DNA of 63,175 nt, counting the filler, from Lenisia limosa (lineage: Eukaryota; Protista; Breviatea): assembly GCA_001655205.1 (NCBI GenBank). It is 13 parts of 13 records of this genome, joined end to end, with 100 filler letters (N's around TTAATTAATTAA, not from the genome) between each part and the next. Parts side by side here need not be neighbours in the genome. Positions count along the whole stretch, not along the records: positions 47,025 to 53,380 come from LPNZ01010367.1; positions 53,481 to 54,733 come from LPNZ01005708.1; positions 54,834 to 57,431 come from LPNZ01005040.1; positions 57,532 to 60,357 come from LPNZ01000601.1; positions 60,458 to 61,577 come from LPNZ01008803.1; 8 more parts are not named here. One strand, written 5' to 3'. A program made the translations under genes and the position numbers. Within the stretch, counting starts at the first letter, position 1. The number at the start of each line of letters is the position of its first letter. Below, one piece after another: positions 50,452 through 61,577 of the stretch. Below the pieces are notes generated by a model. It was not told where the DNA came from. It searched no databases and worked only from the letters and a program-made list of their open reading frames with translations.

Positions 50452-53234
50452 ATGACGGAGACACTCCGAGATCCGCGGAATGAACAGCAGTCCCCGTCAA
50501 AGGCTTTGAAGATCCCTGAAAGCCAACATCGATACTCAGGCCCTTTTCCTGCCCTTTCGCCGCTGTTAAGCCCGGGGTAAGCATGAGGGTTCTTGAAATA
50601 GTCTTTTATCATCATTTTCTGGGTTGGGATACAGGTTCATTTTCACGTTTGATCTTTAACTATTGGACCACTTTGTGTGTCATTTATTTCATGCGTGTGA
50701 GCTATCATTCCCACGCAGTGATATGATTCATATCCACTTGTGTAATAAATGACCGGCATGACTCAATTAATCATTGACATTCTTTTTCTATTTTTGGTAC
50801 TTTCAAAAAAGATATGTTCTATGTAAGCTGGGTGAATTATATTATAATCCAGTATCTCTTTTAAGCTTGATGCTGTGCTTGGCTTCTTCCTTTTTTTATC
50901 CAGTATCTCTTATAAGCTTGATACTGCTGCTTCTTCCTTGTTTTTTTCTCATTTCTTCTTGGGTTTCACTCCAGTACAATAAATAACAAAATATCGATAT
51001 TTATCGAGAAATTCAGACTTTTTTCAAACAAAGTGAAGACCTATTTATCGATATGGATTCCCAAGGTGCCAAAATGTATCTCGTGGTTGGAAAATAGAGA
51101 TGATGCGTATACTACTATTTAGTTAGGAAAATAGAGATGATGCATTTATTACTACATCGTAATTTCCTTCTGTTTACTCCCCTCCCCCCCCCCACTCCAG
51201 AACGCCTCGATGCTGTCCGGCGGCGCACAAGTTCGAAATTCTGCTGATTGGAGATGCTGGATGCGGCAAGACGGCCTTGATAGACAAGTGGGGGGGGGGG
51301 AGTGGTAGAACTTGATGTCAGAACCATTAGAAGTAGTTTTATTCTGACGACAGAAATGTTTGGGTGATATGACAGAACCATTTGATTGTTATGACAGAAA
51401 CATCCATCAAACTTACCTTCTAGAATTTTTGAGATCTTTGGCCAGCAGAATTCCACAGAGTTCTTATTCACTAACTGTGGTATGTCGGGGTGCTACTAGG
51501 ACTCATTTCTGTTAGAAAAAAGACTTCTCGATAAATCTTCGAAACCATCGCATAAACACTACCTTTTTATTGTGCAAGGGCATCATCACCACCACTATCA
51601 TCATCATAATCACCAGCATCACCATTATTATCATCACAATCAACAACATCATCAATCACCACCAGCATCGTGCGAAACTGGTCGACATCTAGTTCTCTCC
51701 AATCATTGGACAGAATCATTCTCAAGCCTACCCTCTGCCTCCAGTATGTCTTCTTTGGGAGGTGGGAAATTGGTGTTTTGTAGTAAATGTCTTTTGTTGG
51801 AGGTGCAGTTTCATTTTTTTTATCAGGATTCACATCAGTTTCAGTATTAATCAGGATGTACATTCATTATTTATCAGGATTTGCACCAGTTTTACCGTAT
51901 TTATCGATATTTCTTGATCTCCCTCCCAGCCTTTTTGAGGATACAGTAAAGTCTATTTAAACTAGGATCAAAAAGATAATCTCTATTGAAACTAGGATCA
52001 TAATGATAAATTCTTTATTAAAACTAGGATCAAGAAGATCCGAGATTCAACTGTACACAAAGAGTTGATCCGGATGTCCACGCATTTCATTAATTAAGAT
52101 TTATATTTCTTAGGATTTGCTTCAAGGGGAGACCTCGCAGATAATGATCCTGGGGATGAGACAATCCTGTCCATTCGCGAAGTCCAGTCGCTGGCTATGC
52201 ATAGTGTGGGCTGCCAGGATTGGATTTATCGGGATTTATCGAGGATTTATCGAGGATTTATTGAGGATTTATCGAGGATTTATCGAGGATTTATTGAGGA
52301 TTTATCGAGGATTCAGCCTTTTTTGGAGCTGAAAGTGAAGCTCTAAACAATGTGCTGATCTTCCAATGTTTCTCCTGACGCTTCTAGGAATGCAGCCTTC
52401 ATATTGACGATCATAAGTAGGTGGTTTCACAAGTGTATGTACCATTAGGGACCGTTCTGGGTTAAGAATTTTACGTAAATTTACGTGAAAATTTTAAGTT
52501 TAAGTCAATGTGCGTTAAAAAAATCTTATAAAAAATGCAAGTCTTTTAAGTAGCTTCTCAAGAGAGGTCCTTAAAATCGTAATTGGAACCCGAATGCGTT
52601 CAAAATTTTACCCCCCCTTATCCTCGGGTGTTTTCCAAATGGTTAGCCAACAGAGTTGTGGATTTTTCATTTCTATATTTTTTATTACGTTCGCTGGAGT
52701 GATGGGATGCGGTGCTGCAGAAATGATTGGCCTGGGCTTTGTTTGATTTGTTGTTATAAACCCTTGTTGTTGTCANNNNNNNNNNNNNNNNNNNNNNNNN
52801 NNNNNNNNNNNNNNNNNNNNNNNNNNNNNNNNNNNNNNNNNNNNNNNNNNNNNNNNNNNNNNNNNNNNNNNNNNNNNNNNNNNNNNNNNNNAATATACTA
52901 GTAGCTAAATAATATATCATATGTACATATATCATATATCATATATAATATATATTATACTATATATGTATGTGCATGAGTGTGAGTGAGGGGTAGGGCT
53001 TCACTTCTGTTCGAAAGAAGACTGAATTTCTCTAAACATCTTTGAAAACTGTCAATATTTTTCCGAACCGAAGTGAAACCATAGGGAGTGATGTTGCGTC
53101 GTAATTTACTGAAGTTCCTCAGTTTTCCAACGTGCGAGCATGGCAAGAGCAAGCTGCAATTCTCATACCCCGGAGTACCCCGTTTATCCTTGCCGCCAAC
53201 AAGGCTGACTCCCCGGACCGTGAAGTTCCACGCT
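50452..53234 (+). CDS. Rab-like small GTPase (divergent), 3' incomplete
   Basis: HKFEILLIGDAGCGKTALIDK (G1), FSPIIG (G2-like), SFSNVRAWQEQAAILIPGVPFILAANKADSPDREVP (G4 NKxD); start uncertain. Confidence 0.75.
50822..50930 (+). repeat. Family C module, diverged with internal duplication
   Basis: gggtgaattatattataatccagtatctcttttaagcttgatgctgtg, with the atctctt..aagcttgat segment present twice. Confidence 0.6.
52222..52343 (+). repeat. 11-bp tandem expansion inside a family A MITE
   Basis: (gaggatttatc) about x8, followed by the A right end gaaagtgaagctc-TA. Confidence 0.85.
52643..52775 (+). repeat. Family B module, head-to-tail permuted
   Basis: agccaacagagttg...-gttcgctggagtgatgggatgcggtgctgcagaaatgattggcctggg...gttgtca. 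Confidence 0.8.
52996..53080. mobile_element. Family A MITE
   Basis: TA-gggcttcacttctgttcgaa...ccgaaccgaagtgaaacc. Confidence 0.8.
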
Positions 53235-53480
53235 GTATGTCCCTGGTGTGTGGGGCCGGGGGTGAAGGTATTGATGTCTGGTTTTTATCTTGTTTTAACG
53301 TTGGAGTTTCAGATCATTCGGTTCGTGATTTTCTTTACGCAGCTATTCTTTTTCCTTCGTTTTATCCCCCCCCCCCCCAANNNNNNNNNNNNNNNNNNNN
53401 NNNNNNNNNNNNNNNNNNNNNNNNTTAATTAATTAANNNNNNNNNNNNNNNNNNNNNNNNNNNNNNNNNNNNNNNNNNNN

Positions 53481-54730
53481 GGGCCTCTTACAACATCCCC
53501 TTCAGCCCTGAAATCTACAAATACATGGGTTATGAGTGGGAGGGGGGGATGTAGTATGCTAAAAAGCTGTGTGCACAGAGTTGTAAGACAAATGACTGGG
53601 TGAATATTATTATATTTTATGTACTTCAATATCTCTACTGAGTGTGATGGTGTAAACGGCTTCGGCCAGATACAGCCTTGTTTTTTTTATTTCTCATTGC
53701 TCAATGTGGGCTATGAGTGGGGTGTAATGAGCGTGAATGGAGATAGGGTCCGAATAAGACCGCCAAAGTATCGATATTTATCGATATATCGGGTAATTCA
53801 GTCTTTTTTGGGACCGAAGGGAATCCCTAGTGAACGGAATAAGAAATACAAATTGCACTTGCAAAAAAATCCAGATCCACAAATGGTACCCATTTTCGTC
53901 ATTTTGTTTCTTTATCATATCATTAGACCTTCACTTCGGTTCGAAAAATTCCTTTAAAAAGAGAAATTCAGTTAGTTTTTGAACCGAAGTGAAGCCCTAC
54001 TTATCACATCGTATTATTGTAGTATATTAATACCCCAGAGAAAAGGCCAAGAAGGATCCTGAGGGCTTTTCTTACACTGATTGCCCCCGTGCTAAGATCT
54101 TCCGCCGTGATCACCATACAATCAAGTCCATGGTGGGGATTATTGTTTTATTATTATTTTATTATTATTCAATATAATTCAATATCATATCTCTTATAAG
54201 AGTGGATGGGAACAGCTTAGGCCAGATACTATAATTCAATATCATATCTCTTATTAGAGTGATGGTGTGAACGGCTTCGGCCAGATGCAACCTTTTTTTT
54301 CTTTCCCATATCTCTTGCCTACCCTGGTCACACCTCTTAGGAAGACATGAAGCGAATTATGCGCTACAATGAGTTTCAGACTGACCCTCTTTCCAAGAAC
54401 TCCTCCTACAATGCTATTGCCTCTCGGTACGTCGTGATGATGTGATCATATGATGGTGTACTGGGTGATATTCACCTAGCAAATAGGTCAAGACTATTCC
54501 CGGTAACTGTATGGACTATTTTCATGTACATATTTATACACATGATACGTACATGTACATATATTATATAATATTTCCTTATTTGGAATATTTAATACCT
54601 ATTCAGGTACCCCGTGATGATTGATGATTAGTGTTTTAAGTTACACATTTATATTCCTCACTCATATTCCTCACTCCTCTAGTGGAGACCTCAGCACCGA
54701 GAAGAAACGCGGCTTTGGAGCTATTGATGC
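53481..54730 (+). CDS. Phospholipase B-like protein (PLBD family), internal part
   Basis: ASYNIPFSPEIYKYMGY / FSYTDCPRAKIFRRDH / EDMKRIMRYNEFQTDPLSKNSSYNAIASR / GDL...GFGAIDA are PLBD C-terminal motifs. Confidence 0.9.
53554..53700 (+). repeat. Family C module in a PLBD intron
   Basis: gtatgctaaaaagctgtgtgcacagagttgtaag...acggcttcggccagatacagccttg...atttctcattgc. Confidence 0.9.
53926..53997. mobile_element. Family A MITE (a second partial copy at 53755-53827)
   Basis: TA-gaccttcacttcggttcgaa...gaaccgaagtgaagccc-TA. Confidence 0.8.
54165..54312 (+). repeat. Tandem pair of family C 3' halves in a PLBD intron
   Basis: (ataattcaatatcatatctctta..agagtg..gg..aac.gctt.ggccagat) x2. Confidence 0.85.
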
Positions 54731-55053
54731 GTTNNNNNNNNNNNNNNNNNNNNNNNNNNNNNNNNNNNNNNNNNNNNTTAATTAATTAANNNNNNNNNNN
54801 NNNNNNNNNNNNNNNNNNNNNNNNNNNNNNNNNCCCCCCCCCCCCAAAAAAAAAATAAAAATAATAATAATAATAAATAAGTAAATAAGAAAAGATAATA
54901 ATAATAAATAATAAAAACAGAAAGACATACCCCACCACCTTTCCGCTTTAAAGATATAATGCCATGCCAAGCCAAAAATCAACAAATAATGACCAGGATA
55001 AGCCTTGACCGATTTTCCATAGAGCAAACCATGTATATTCCACCTTCCCCACC

Positions 55054-57387
55054 CACCTGTCCGCTCAAAAGACGCAAGGTACTGCGCACAGACGCCAGCG
55101 TATCAACCATGGAAGCTCCGAATGAGTCTAGCCGGGACGTGAAATCGTTGAGGGAAGACCCTGTGTTGGCTGCTGCTAAACGGCCGCGCACTGGGGAGGG
55201 GGTAAATAAAATTGGAAAATTTATTTAACAAAAAACCCAAAATCAACTCAGTTGGCTGACAGCACACGAGGGTTGAGAGCAACAAAACNNNNNNNNNNNN
55301 NNNNNNNNNNNNNNNNNNNNNNNNNNNNNNNNNNNNNNNNNNNNNNNNNNNNNNNNNNNNNNNNNNNNNNNNNNNNNNNNNNNNNNNNNNNNNNNNNNNN
55401 NNNNNNNNNNNNNNNNNNNNNNNNNNNNNNNNNNNNNNNNAAGGTACTCACGGGAGAAAATTAGAAAATTTGTAAAACAAAAAAAAGGCCAATGATAAAC
55501 TCTTATTAGCTCAAATCATCTACAGACAGTTGGGGTGCAATTACATCGCAATATTAATCCATCCACCCGCCCCCTCAAAAATTATAAATAACAATAACAA
55601 ATAGCCAACCCCCCACCAGGTATGGTAATTGATTTATGGTATCCCTATGTATTTATTTGTTTCCCTAGATTTCTAATGAATGTATTATTTTTCTTGTTCA
55701 AAAAAAAAACCCCCCACCGTCCTGGGCACTCAGCTGCTTCACGGCCGCATCTTTAACAGTTACGCGCATTCCTTGCGCAGATGTGGGGCCTGTTGTTAAA
55801 CGAAGAAAATTTCAATGGCGTAAAGTACTAATCACGAACCGAATAATGTTGAATTGGCAAATTTATAAAACAAAAAACCCAGATCAACTCTGTTGGCTGA
55901 CAAACAACAAAACAGACAAAGCTCAAGCCAGTCGCTTCAGCAGCACCACATCCCATCACTCTGGATGTGTGTGGTGGGGTATGTTTTAATCTGACAGCAT
56001 AGTAGGATTGAGGGTAGAAATTGTCATCAGCTCATTTTGGGTGAAAAGGGTATTCTGGCTACAATACACTATTACTCATTCACCCAAACCAAATTTTGAG
56101 GGGTAAAGGCAAAAAGCGAAAAAAGAAAGCAAAAAGAGGTGCCCCTTACGAGCAGTTTTCTTCGCTTGGCCGGGGTTTTTCTTCAATTCGACTACTGGGA
56201 TTCCATTGAGATAAAGAAGGTCCTGCAGGGAGGAGAGGATGGGGCTGCGAGGGGGGGGGGNNNNNNNNNNNNNNNNNNNNNNNNNNNNNNNNNNNNNNNN
56301 NNNNNNNNNNNNNNNNNNNNNNNNNNNNNNNNNNNNNNNNNNNNNNNNNNNNNNNCTGGAAACAACAGCGAAACCTCATTCAAGCGTGAAGTGAAAAGAG
56401 TCAAAGCAATTTAAACAAACAAAGGAAATATCGACAACAGAAAAAAAAAAATGTTGACTGAAAGAACAAGTAATCAGTTTACACGCCATTTTCCAATTTT
56501 AATTAGGTTTCACCCGAAAAGGTTAGGCGCAGAGTAGAGTTTGTACCAGGTGGAAAGGTTTGTTCCATCACTACATTACCCTTATACAAATAAATGATCA
56601 AATCAGTTTCTTCTGCAGTATCACAATCCCGTCTGGTACAGGTGTGAAAGGCTTCACTTCGATTCGGGAAAATATCGATAGTTTTCGAGGATTTATCGAG
56701 AAATTCAGTCTTTTTTGAACTGAAGTGAAGCCCTAGTAGACACCCCCCCCCCGCCGCCGCCGGGGGAATACTGTAATAAATCCGTTTGTTGTCCTTGAGT
56801 TAGTGAATTATCTTGGAAAATCCGGCTCATAGATTAATTAATCACAAGGCTTTTAACCAATCCCAAGGTTTTTAATTAATCCCAAGGTTTATGCGGAGCA
56901 GCATATTATTTCTCTTGAAACTCTCAAAAAGGAAGAAAATAACCCGTTTATGGGTGTGAAAACTGAAACCCTCATACAACTTTGGAACAAAAGTTAAACA
57001 ATAGAAGCAGAGCTCATAATAGGCAGTTGAGTTTGATACTACGTATATGAAGTACATTACATAAATAATAATATAATAAAAGTCTCAAAAATGGCTTATG
57101 TTTATTATACTTCCATTAAAAGAAATACCTTTTTCACTTTTAATATCATAAAGAGCCCAAAATTTATATCCACGTACCTCAGAGATTCTGACATGGGATT
57201 CCCCTATGACATTAGAGCCAAACAGGCATACAAAATTGCAAGATTGTTACACGAACTGAATAACAAATCCAGTTTGGAAACCCGCATTAACCTGCAGCGA
57301 AAGGTCCTGTAACTTGGTCCATTTTGAAACCTCCTCAAGCGAGTCTGCACCAAGATCATTATCTCGCAGGTCAGCCTCTCCCACGTT
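55054..57387 (-). CDS. Leucine-rich-repeat protein, partial
   Basis: Exons NVGEADLRDNDLGADSLEEVSKWTKLQDLSLQ (LRR-like), DLLYLNGIPVVELKKN, GPTSAQGMRVTVKDAAVKQL and VRGRLAAANTG...LRLLSGQ. Confidence 0.45.
55191..55288 (-). repeat. Family B module ending at the acceptor AG
   Basis: Minus strand ...ctcgtgtgctgtcagccaactgagttgattttggg...aaattttccaattttatttacccctccccAG|tgc. Confidence 0.88.
55790..55850 (-). repeat. Family D module ending at the acceptor AG
   Basis: Minus strand attattcggttcgtgattagtactttacgccattgaaattttcttcgtttaacaacAG|gccc. Confidence 0.8.
55851..55965 (-). repeat. Family B module fused upstream of a D module
   Basis: Minus strand gagtgatgggatgtggtgctgctgaagcgactggcttgagc...gtcagccaacagagttgatctggg...ataaatttgccaattc. 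Confidence 0.85.
56650..56733. mobile_element. Family A MITE
   Basis: ggcttcacttcgattcgg...gaactgaagtgaagccc-TA. Confidence 0.8.
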
Positions 57388-57431
57388 CTAGGGGGGGGGA
57401 TAAATTTGGATATTTTATGAAATAAAAAAGC
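57388..57431 (-). repeat. Family B 3' tail forming the acceptor
   Basis: Minus strand ttcataaaatatccaaatttat-C(n)-tAG|aacgtg. Confidence 0.65.
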
Positions 57432-57613
57432 NNNNNNNNNNNNNNNNNNNNNNNNNNNNNNNNNNNNNNNNNNNNTTAATTAATTAANNNNNNNNNNNNN
57501 NNNNNNNNNNNNNNNNNNNNNNNNNNNNNNNCGTGTTTCCTACTCCTATGCAATATTGCCCATAATTAATACTCTTTTATGTACAGTGACTAGGTTAGTA
57601 TGTCTACCACATA

Positions 57614-57706
57614 GGGCTTCACTTTGGTTCAAAAAAGATTTAATTTTTGGATAAATCCTCGAAAACTGTGGATAATAACCGGTCTTTTTCGAACCGAAGT
57701 GAAGTC
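57614..57706. mobile_element. Family A MITE
   Basis: TA-gggcttcactttggttcaaaa...ttcgaaccgaagtgaagtc. Confidence 0.85.
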
Positions 57707-57739
57707 ATAACGATACATGGAGAACACCATATTTTCACA

Positions 57740-59395
57740 CTACCGTGACTGACCTTCAAAGCCGGCTGTAGAACCAGCAATTCCCTCCACCCTGGAACTT
57801 CCTTGTATTGTTGTCGAAGAAAACGTTCTTCCTTCCAATGTGAAGAATACTGTGAGTTATATGTGAAGAATTCTGTGAGTAATACTGTGAGTAATAAAAT
57901 TTTTGATTGTAAGCGCAATCATTGTAAAATGAAACAATGAATAACTTTGCAGATTAAGGAACTGGTCAATTCGGCCTGGACAAGAGACCTCTCGTGTGCA
58001 AGGTGGATCTATGAGGTAAGAAGGAGGCGGGCGCTTAGTGATATACCGATAAACTCGAGATCTTTATTCGTTTCATTTCTATTTCTTAGATGCGTCAGTA
58101 ATTATTGAATATTCCTCCAAGGTTTGATTGATAGTTGCCATATTCCAAAAAAGTTACAAATCGTACGTACATCTATCTATTTCGATATACTACATTTAAT
58201 ATTATTATATACTATCTAATTTTTGGACTGCTGAGCACGTCCGTTACTCAATAACAGGCTCATCAACTGTTTTCAACGTTGGAAGGAGGTGTCACTTCAG
58301 AGCAGTTCTTCGTGGGGATTGTCGGTTGGCTGGGGTTTTGAGTTGATTTTTCAAACATCTTTTAAGGTTCAAATCTATTCACAGATATTCGAACTAAGCT
58401 TACGGTGGTGTCATCTTTTTCCAGTTTAACAGGTTAAACGGAGACGTTGGGAGTAGCTTTTATTCTCTTCGTGCCAAAAATAATCACTTTTTTACACTAA
58501 ATCTAAATAAGTCAAGTCATGCTCGGTTAAGGTTTTCTTCCTTTGACCAACCTGTTTTCGATTTTATAACATGCTTTGTAACATTATGAGGGCCGTCATC
58601 CTAATATTGATCACCTACTATGAGACCATCTTTCGACATAATTTAGACAACCTGTTTGAAGAGGTGGTTTCAATTGGACACGTGTCGCCTTTTGCCCAAA
58701 GCGCTCTGCACTGGATGGTTATTAAAAAACTGGTGGGTGTGGATTCTACACACTTGCTGGAAATGTGTTGTTAATTTTCGATATTTATGTATTTAAAATG
58801 ACATGTAATTAACTCAAAAATATATTAAGTTTGACCTAATAACTAGTTAATATGAGATAGGATATCGCCAGTGTATAAAACTATTATATAGTTTTGTTGA
58901 TGCCTTATTTTGGTAACTAATTCATAACTATGATTTTTATGAGCTCGGTAGTGTGAACGGTTCGGCCAAATACTCTTATAAATTTTTCACATTTTGCTAC
59001 AGATGATATATAAGGAGTATATCATAAGTATGCAATCCCAGAAGTGGTACTTCTTTCTCCTTCGAAAACATCCTTCATCGTCCTCTGCTCCTTCCATTCT
59101 TCATACTCTTCCCTCCTTCCACGTCCGTAACATCGTACATACATGTACATCTCTCTCCTTCCACAGCCCCTACCCTTCAACCTCATTACATCATACTCTT
59201 CTCTCGTTCCACATGTTAGTTCTATCTCCTTCATCCTCAACGTCATACATCTCTCGCAATCAACATTAGTAACGCTGAAGGTGGCAGCGGTGGACGTGGT
59301 TGAACGTGTCATTGCAGTGCTTACACCAAATGAGCCGTGTTTGTTCCGTCTGATGTTCCGTTTTCTGCTCGACTTCCTCCCTTTATTGCGACTTG
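57740..59395 (+). CDS. Unidentified multi-exon gene
   Basis: Exons IKELVNSAWTRDLSCARWIYE, AHQLFSTLEGGVTSEQFFVGIV, NLFEEVVSIGHVSPFAQSALHWMVIKKL and TLKVAAVDVVERVIAVLTPNEPCLFRLMFRFLLDFLPLLRL. Confidence 0.4.
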
Positions 59396-59416
59396 GTGAA
59401 TGGGGGGTGGTGTCTA

Positions 59417-59506
59417 GTTCACTTCGGTCCACAACAGACGGAATTTCGATAAATCTTCGAAAACTATCGATAATTTACCGGTTTTTTTCTAGCCGAAGTG
59501 AAGCCC
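59417..59506. mobile_element. Family A MITE
   Basis: gttcacttcggtcc...agccgaagtgaagccc-TA. Confidence 0.8.
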
Positions 59507-60008
59507 TAGCGGCATCATGACTTCGTGTGTATACGGGTGTTTTGTTAGTTCAACTTGAAGGGGGAGGTGGTCAGAACCTAAAACTACTCATAATATCTCC
59601 ATAAATAACATTCTTCCTACTCATATCACATGAATTTGATTGACATTACATGACCATTGTTGATGACAGAGAGGTGCTACTTGTTTTTGATAATATTGGG
59701 AGTGTTTCCCAGTTGATATCTAATTGGACCAATATTTAGACTTCAACAATCGTCGGACATCCATGGCTGTTTTCCATTCTATTTTGGCTCTCCTATCTGC
59801 TTACATCGTGGTATTCGGGGAACTTGGGATCCCTCAATGGGCATTTGTGCAATGAATTATTCCTTTCAGTTTAACTCAATCATTATTATCAACACTATCA
59901 TTTTTATCATCATCATCGTAATGATCTTCATTGTCGTCATCCATAACCCCCACCTTCAGGCAGACTCAACCTTCACTGATCACCATGACATGTAAGCATG
60001 TCTATTCT

Positions 60009-60122
60009 GGGGAGACATAAAAAGCTGTGCACCGAGTTTTAAGATAAATGATTGGGTGAATTAAAGTTTTCAGATATCTCATAAGCGTGTTGGTGTGGCC
60101 TTCGCCAGGTACACCTTGTTTT
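60009..60122 (+). repeat. Family C module
   Basis: aaaagctgtgcaccgagttttaagataaatgattgggtgaatt...ctcataagcgtgttggtgtggccttcgccagg. Confidence 0.8.
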
Positions 60123-60132
60123 AGTATAAATA

Positions 60133-60210
60133 CAGTTACCGGGATCGGTTTTGACCAATTTGCTACAAGAATTCCCAAGGAAAATTGGTCAAGACTTATC
60201 CCTGTCACTG
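60133..60210. mobile_element. Family E MITE (full length)
   Basis: TA-cagttaccgggatcggttttgaccaattt ... aaattggtcaagacttatccctgtcactg-TA. Solo right ends lie at about 21445-21495, 27140-27175, 30961-30998 and 54480-54512. Confidence 0.8.
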
Positions 60211-60562
60211 TATATTTCTCAAATCTGGTATTAGATGCAGAGAGACACGCACGAAAAATATCGGTAAACTGTCGAAATATTTCGATAATTTATCGGGAAA
60301 TTCGGTCGTTTTCTGCATCGTGGGAATCCTAACGGTTGCTGCTATAGATGAAAACATNNNNNNNNNNNNNNNNNNNNNNNNNNNNNNNNNNNNNNNNNNN
60401 NTTAATTAATTAANNNNNNNNNNNNNNNNNNNNNNNNNNNNNNNNNNNNNNNNNNNNAGCCAACAGAGTTTGACCATAAAACAGCAAAAAATAGGCCGGA
60501 TTTGATTAACATGGCCTTATACTCTCTAAGCCACTTAACTGGACTTACTCCCCACCCCCCAG

Positions 60563-61506
60563 GTTCTCGTGGCCACTGAAACGTTTGCAATGGGCGTTAA
60601 CATGCCAACAAGAACGGTCCTCTTCGCTGCCACCCGCAAACATGATGGCACCCAGCACCGGGACTTGCTACCGGGTGGGTGGGGGCTTTCCTATCACTCA
60701 CACATAGGTATACATGGTATGCAGAACTATTGANNNNNNNNNNNNNNNNNNNNNNNNNNNNNNNNNNNNNNNNNNNNNNNNNNNNNNNNNNNNNNNNNNN
60801 NNNNNNNNNNNNNNNNNNNNNTATGTACAGTGAACGGGATAATACATCCATATTGTCTAATGCAGGTGTTACGTGTTCTGAAACTAGAGCGTTTACCTTA
60901 ACCGCTCTCACAATTTAGGAGAATACACGCAGATGGCTGGAAGGGCCGGCAGAAGAGGACTTGATAACAAAGGTAACAGGGGCTGATTTTTTATTTTCTT
61001 TTGACATGTCACCCTCATCTCTTCACATAATGTATACGTATTCTTCGCACAGCCAACAGAGTTGAGTGTGGGCTTTTTTTGTTCATAAATTTTACAATTT
61101 ACACCCCCCCCCTCCATTTTCTCACCCCAAAGGAACGGTTCTCATCAATGCCTGGACTGATAAGCCTGTGGTGCAGTCTGTGGTGCAAATGGTGACTGGC
61201 AAGGCTAACACTCTGCAGAGCAAGGTAGGATATATGACCATGAGTGAAACAGTTCTTAAGAAGCAACTCGTTTATATCCCTAAGAACCTTCGGATGGATA
61301 ATCAAGACCTTAAATCATAAATTCTATCATAAGTCCTAACACATGATATGCATACATAGAAGGAAATAAACCCGAATTGAGTCAATTTAACTGGCTGGAC
61401 AATGATGTATCTCGATAACCTTTCTTATTGTGTTGCAAATGACCTCTCAGTTCCGTCTTACGTTCCGCCTGGTAGTGCACCTCCTCCGAACTGAAGATCT
61501 TAGCGT
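60563..61506 (+). CDS. SKI2: Ski2-like exosome RNA helicase (SKI2/SKIV2L), internal part
   Basis: [60 protein letters not shown]...[27 protein letters not shown] and GRRGLD..G..I favour SKI2 over MTR4. Confidence 0.88.
61051..61132 (+). repeat. Family B 3' half forming the acceptor in a SKI2 intron
   Basis: agccaacagagttgagtgtgggc...ttcataaattttacaatttacacccccccc...ccccaaAG|gaacg. Confidence 0.85.
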
Positions 61507-61577
61507 TTGAGGGGTAGGGACTGAAGATCTAGCGTTTGAGGGGGAGGGAGGCTCATGGGCTGAAGATCTAGCGTTTG
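61490..61577 (+). repeat. Triplicated exon/intron-junction segment in SKI2
   Basis: ctgaagatct(t)agcgtttg at 61491, 61521 and 61560. Confidence 0.85.

Noticed and set aside
51572-51850. His/Gln-rich ORF
   Set aside because: Low-complexity (cat/cac)n microsatellite inside an intron of the GTPase gene.
10454-59506. Family A palindromic repeats as a CRISPR or REP-like array
   Set aside because: Copies are dispersed, about 95 bp, variable, intronic and TA-flanked, with no regular spacers and no cas genes; the host is eukaryotic.
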